DNA of 64,000 bases, taken from Phyllobates terribilis. Its lineage: Eukaryota. The notes under the pieces are model-generated. The model searched no databases, was not told where the DNA came from, and saw only the letters and a program-made list of their open reading frames with translations. The stretch covers positions 60,016,001 through 60,080,000 of the forward strand of contig NW_027362761.1 in the NCBI RefSeq assembly GCF_046119375.1, given 5' to 3'. The stretch's first letter is position 1. Each line of letters starts with the position of its first letter. Made by a program: the position numbers and the translations under genes. Of the stretch, positions 58,442 through 64,000 are shown in pieces.

Positions 58442-61400
58442 ATGAGTGGAAAAAGGCCTGCTTCTGGTGGAAAGGGGAATAGGCGTGTTGGGAAGGGGAA
58501 AAAAGGTTGTGTCCGTGGGGTAGGTGTTAAAGCAACAGTAACATCTGCCAAAGAAAGACAATCTTCCAGCCAAACTAAAATGTCTACTTCTTTTAGCGGA
58601 CAATGTGATAAGATCCCTTTCTTACGGCCACGCCAATCGCTACAAATTCCAGATGAGGCACAAAAACAGCAGGTGCTTCAACGGATATCAAGTGTTCCTT
58701 TAAGTGGGCTCTCCTCCACATCAACTTCAACATCACAAATACTCCAGTCCTCAAAGGTGTCACCCCAATCGCACTTGCTTCCTCACAGATCCCAAATCTC
58801 CAGCTGCCCGTCTGAGTATGAGGTAGAACAGATGGTTGAGTCTGCAGAGCTGTTTACTCATACTATAGCCTGGGAATCAGAGGTCGACTCCAGCGCTTCT
58901 GTGAATCCAGACAAGGAAATGATCTGCACTGATGCCCAGAATCTTTATGAGTACGATCCAGGACCAGACGCAGAAGGTTCTGACCATAATGTAGACCCTC
59001 ATTCCCAAACTGTAACTCCTGTTGGTGGAGACAATGAGGAAGACGATGATGAGACTCAAATACCTGATTGGAGCGACAACTTTAGTTTTTTGTCAGGGCA
59101 GGAACAGGTTGGCTCTGAGGACGACGGGTGTGATAACGCACAGGGTGATGATGATGAGGTTGGAGATCCCACTTACTGTCAACCCACAGTCAGCCAAGAG
59201 ATGAGGTCAGCAGAGGAGGTGGAGGAGGATGCTAGTGACGATGAGGTCAGGTTGCGCCTTCCTGGACAGAGACGTAGTACTGGAAGCACGTCAACAACTG
59301 CATCCTCAAACACAACTCTGCCTCTCACCACAAGTCGTGGTGGCTCTTCAGGTCGCATGGGTGCTAAGCCTTGCATAGCCTGGGCATTTTATCAGATCGA
59401 TAAAGATGACCCAACTCGTGTTATCTGTAACATTTGTCAGCAAAAGCTAAGTAGAGGCCAAAAAATACATAGTTTGAGTACTTCATGCATGAACCGGCAC
59501 ATGGACATGAAGCATAAGTTGCAGTGGGAAGCTCACTGTGCTACAATGCGGCCTAGCCGGCCGGGCCAACCACCGTCTGCCATATCTTGTGCATCCGCGG
59601 CCTCTTCATCCTCTGTGACTGGGGGGACAGCAGTTACACCTGTTTTGGGGCGCAGACCTGCCACCTCTTTACCCGCAACAGCCAGCGTGATTGGCAGGTC
59701 ATCATTTTCTTTGGAGGTGGTAACACCAGCTGGTGTTGAGCGCTGTCCGACATCGATAGCACCACCTTTGGATCAAGGCAACCTAACATGTCCGCCTGCA
59801 TCTTCCTCACAGACCGGCAGTTTGCCGGGGACACCCTTATCAACCCCGTCTAAGCACAATAGCCAGACCTCGGTCCCTCAGATGTGGACAAGTAAAAGAC
59901 CATTTCCTCCTAGCCATGAGAAAGCTAAGAGGTTGAATTTCACCATCTGCAAGCTCTTGGCTACAGAAATGCTGCCTTTCCGCCTGGTGGACAAGAGGAT
60001 TTTCGAGACCTTATGTCCGTCGCAGTGCCCCAGTACCAGATGCCCAGTCGGCACTACTTCTCAAAGAAAGGTGTGCCTGCGCTCCACCAGCATGTCGCAC
60101 ACAACATCACCGCTTCTTTGAGAAACTCTGTGTGTGACAGGGTGCATTTCACCACAGACACTTGGACTGGTAGGCATGGACAGGAGCGTTACATGTCGCT
60201 GACTGGGCACTGGGTCAGCAGGACAAGGGGCTGCTGTCCAAGTCTTGCCGTCCCCACGAGTTGTGCGTCAATCCTCTTTATCTCAAAGTTCCTCCACTGT
60301 TTCTGCCTCCTCAACCTCCTCTCGGTCCTCCACCTGCACCCAAAGCCTGTCTGGTCATGCCACAAGCTTTCTAACTGCGCAGAAGGGATCCTGCACACCT
60401 CCTTACTATGCTGGCAGTAGGGCTCAACGTCATCAGGCGGTTTTTACTTTGAAATGTCTGGGAAATGTGAGTCACACAGCTGAGGAGTTGTGGTCAGCTC
60501 TGGAGAACCAATTTCATGAATGGTTGTCTCCACTGGACCTGAAACCAGGGAAGGCCGTGTGCGACAATGCTGCAAACCTGGGTGCGGCCCTTCGCCGGGG
60601 CAATGTCACACACGTGCCTTGTATTGCTCACGTGTTGAACCTGGTTGTCCAGCAATTTTTAGCCCACTATCCTGGACTAGATGGCCTTCTGCAGAGGGCA
60701 CGGTCGCTGTGTGCTCACTTCCGCCGTTCGCATCCTGCAGCTCAGCGACTTACATCTCTACAGAAGTCGTTGGGCCTGCCACTTCACCGGCTAAAATGCG
60801 ATGTGCCTACCCGGTGGAATTCAACTCTGCACATGTTGCAGAAACTGTGGCAGCACCGACAAGCCCTGGTGCAATACGTTCTGACGTATAGCCTGGGCCA
60901 ACGAGATCCAGAGGTGGGGCAAATCACGCTGGAGGAGTGGTCTCAGATCAGGGACCTATGCACCCTTCTGCACAGTTTTGAAATGGCGACGAAGATGTTT
61001 AGTGCTGACGATGCCATTATCAGCATGACTATTCCGGTGATTTACATGCTGGAGCACATGTTAAACAGAATTCGGAGTCAGGTGGTGGCACAAGAGGAGA
61101 TGGAGGAAGTAAAGGAGAAGGAGTTGTATGCGGAAAGGCTAACATCTGCAAGGTCCAGACGGTCGGCAGCACCAAGGCGGCAGGCATGTGAGGGTGGGGG
61201 AGATGGTTTTACCAGGGCGCATGGTAGCAGCCAAACTAATGAGGAAGGTGCAGGAGCCCAGGAAGAAGTGGAGGACGAACTGATGGAAGACTCATCAGAT
61301 GAGGGAGACCTTGATCACATTTCTGTTGTGCGAGGTTGGGGGGAGAGGACAGAGGAAGGAAGCATGATTGTTACCTCGCCACAACACAACAGGGACTTGG

Positions 61401-62130
61401 TGCTCCTGGATGCGCAACACACATGAGTGCCTTCTTGCTGCACTACCTGCAACATGACCCTCGAATTGTGAGAATTAGAAATAATCCTGACTACTGGGTT
61501 GCCACACTGTTAGATCCCCGGTACAAAAGTAAATTTGCAGAAATTATTCCTGCCATAGAAAGGGATGCACGCATGCAGGAGTATCAGCAGAGACTGTTGC
61601 AGAATCTTACATGTGCTTTTCCACAAAACACCAGTGGTGCACATAGTGAATCTCACAGTTCCAACTTGCCAACCGTGGGACCGTCGAGTGTTCATCACTC
61701 AAACCTTAACAGAACCACAGTATCCGCTGGTAACATCAATTTTGCGGAATCATTTCACCACTTTTTTAGCCCATCCTTTGCAAGGCCACAGGAGACAAGA
61801 AGTCTGACACATAGTCAACGCCTAGAGACGATGGTACAGGAGTATCTCCAAGTAAACATTGAAGCCATGACTGTGTCACTGGACCATTGCTCTTTTTGGG
61901 CTTCCAATCTGGATAAATGGCCGGAGCTAGCCACTTACGCCTTGGAGATCTTGTCATGCCCCGCAGCCAGCGTTCTGTCTGAACGTGTGTTCAGCGCTGC
62001 TGGTGGTGTGCTGACAGATAAGCGCACACGGCTCTGCACTGATAATGTAGACAGACTCACGTTCATAAAGATGAACAAATCATGGATCCGAAATGACTTT
62101 TCTACCCCTGTGTCATCCTGGGGAGAGTAA
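58442..62130 (+). pseudogene. hAT transposase with BED zinc finger and C-terminal dimerization domain; three frameshifts
   Basis: BED (WAFY...CNIC...RHMDMKH), FTTDTWT, CDNAANL, CIAH (CxxH), DVPTRWNS and SERVFS...FIKMN. Frame changes at about 59995, 60210 and 61400. Confidence 0.92.
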
Positions 62131-62174
62131 AAGCTTGATGATTGGTTAAAATCACCTCACCAACCGTTTTAAGC

Positions 62175-62550
62175 TTTCAAATTACTAATCATGTTTATCT
62201 GTATCTTGGCTGGAAAATAATTTGGGCTTTGTAGCAGTGTGCAGCACTGATTCTATTAGGCCATCTATAATAAGCTCCACCAGATTTAAAATTACTAATC
62301 ATGTTTATCTGTATCTTGGCTGGAAAATAATTTGGGCTTTGTAGCAGTGTGCAGTACTGATTCTATTAGGACATCTATACTAAGCTCCACCAGATTTAAA
62401 ATTACTAATCATGTTTATCTGTAACTTGGCTGGAAAATAATTTGGGCTTTGCAGCAGTGTGCAGCACTGATTCTATTAGGCCATCTATACTAAGCTTCAC
62501 CAGATTTAAAATTAATAATAATTTTTAGCTGCATCTAGCCCGGAAAATAA
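62175..62550 (+). repeat. 110-bp tandem array downstream of the hAT transposase
   Basis: TATTAGGNCATCTATA at 62254, 62364 and 62474. Confidence 0.93.
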
Positions 62551-62667
62551 TTTTGGGGCTCCGAGATGCGCAAGACACAAAAGTGCCTTCTTGCTGCACT
62601 ACCTGCAACATGACCCTCATATTGTCAGAATTCGAAGTAATCCTGACTACTGGGTTGCCACACTCTT

Positions 62668-63940
62668 AGATCCCCCAAACTTTTCGATCAACCTTTTCAT
62701 TTTAATAAAGACCAAAAAAATGGTCATTTTTGAAATTATAAGCATTAGCAGGTTATTAGAAACTGAAATCAAACAGTTTTCAACTGAAAACTTTATTCTA
62801 GGTGATGTTACATTTTCACATAGGACCCCTTGTTCGAAAGGAGCTTCTGAACTCTCTTGTCCATTGAATTTGTCAGGTTTTGGATGGTTTCTGCTTCAAT
62901 TGTTTTGCATGAGGACAGAATACCCTCCCAGAGCTGTTGCTTAGATGTGAACTGCCTCCCGCCATCATAGACACTCCTTTTGATGATGCTCCAGAGGTTC
63001 TGAATGGGGTAGAGGTCAGGGGAGCATGGGGGTCACACCATAAGTTTGTCCCCTTTTATGCCCATATCAGCCAGAGATGCAGATGTGTTATGTGCAGCAT
63101 GAGACGGTGCATTATCATGCATAAAAATGATCTTGCTGTGGAATACACGGTTCTTCTTCTTGAACCATGGCATTACTCCACCTCCTCCTTGTTGGCGCTG
63201 TAGCCGTGTTTGCGTGGGGTGTCCATCAACCAGCCATCCTCCACTCCATCCATCTGGTCCATCGAGCGTTGCACGGCACTCATCCGTGAACAAAACAGTT
63301 TTGAAATCAGTCTTCATGTAATGTTTGGCCCACTGGAGCCGTTTCTGCTTGTGTGAAGTGGATAGAGGAGGTCGACAGGATGGCATATGCACAGCTGCAA
63401 ACCTCTGAAGGACCCTGCATCTTGTTGTTCGGGGGACGTTGGAGGCACCAGCAGCTTCAAAAACTTGTCTGCTGCTATGACAAGGCTTTTTTAACGCTGC
63501 TCTTTTAACCTGACGTAATTGCCTGTAGGAAAGAGTCCTCAATTTACCCTTATCAGCACGCACACGTGTGTACTGTGAATCAGCTACATACTTCTTTATT
63601 GCCAAGACACTTCATCCTGATCATCGCACAATGTTGATTGTAGTCATGCCTTGACCTAAACACTCCACAATTTGTTGCTTCTCAGCAGCCGACACATCCT
63701 TTTTCTTTCCCATTTTGGCAGAAAATGTAGGCTGCTTAATAATGTGGGACAGCCTTCTTAAGTAGTCTTGCCTTTCATTGGACACACCTGCCAAACTAGT
63801 TAGCACAGGTGTCTGCAATTGCTTACAGTGATATAAAGAGCCCTGACACACATCACCATCAATGAGTTTAACTGACAAACAAACAAATTCTTCCCTTATC
63901 ACTCCTAAACACTTTTTGCATAATAATTTGGAACACAGTG
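62668..63940 (-). mobile_element. Tc1/mariner DD37E (TRT-like) remnant, one end lost, internally deleted
   Basis: Terminus CACTGTGTTCCAAATTATTATGC next to TA, ATG at 63713 (MGKKKDVSAAEK) and FTDECRA. In HDNAPSH...SPDLYPIQ there are 37 residues between D and the E position (mutated to Q). Confidence 0.82.
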
Positions 63941-64000
63941 TACATGTGCTTTTCCACAAAACACCAGTGGTTCACGTAGTGAATCTTACAGTTCTAACTT

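Larger units (their letters stand above)
57014..64000 (+). mobile_element. Large hAT (Ac/ZBED-like) element; right end not in the window
   Basis: Terminus TAGAGATGAGCG, subterminal TTCGA-rich repeats, 110-bp arrays and a transposase. Confidence 0.85.

Overview
Eukaryotic, gene-free window made almost entirely of transposable elements. The repeat types (TTAA-flanked MITEs, a V-SINE, Penelope-type remnants, TAGWGATGAG-ended hAT elements) suggest an anuran genome; this is inference. I found no host exon, tRNA/rRNA gene or CRISPR array. Main contents: (1) Three Ty3/Gypsy LTR retrotransposons: the 3' half of a defective element (1-4627, LTR split by a Tc1), full-length copy A (10450-18307, +, three disabling lesions) and full-length copy B (22612-30451, -, gag and pol intact). 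A and B are the same family and converge across a 4.3 kb spacer. (2) At least eight Tc1/mariner insertions or fragments, including one with an intact DD34E transposase (6587-8236) and a DD37E-type remnant. (3) Several hAT elements, one with a long frameshifted BED-finger transposase flanked by 110-bp arrays. (4) A probable Chapaev transposase relic, a minimal hammerhead ribozyme motif, a solo LTR and many MITEs. The most interesting signals are cis-acting RNA features of the Gypsy elements: a 12-bp complementarity between the pre-PPT sequence and a site beside the AGUAAA poly(A) hairpin, with a compensatory change between the two families; a second mini-PBS inside the LTR; and a UUUAAAC -1 frameshift site with a predicted pseudoknot. 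All comparisons were made by eye, so counts are minimum estimates.
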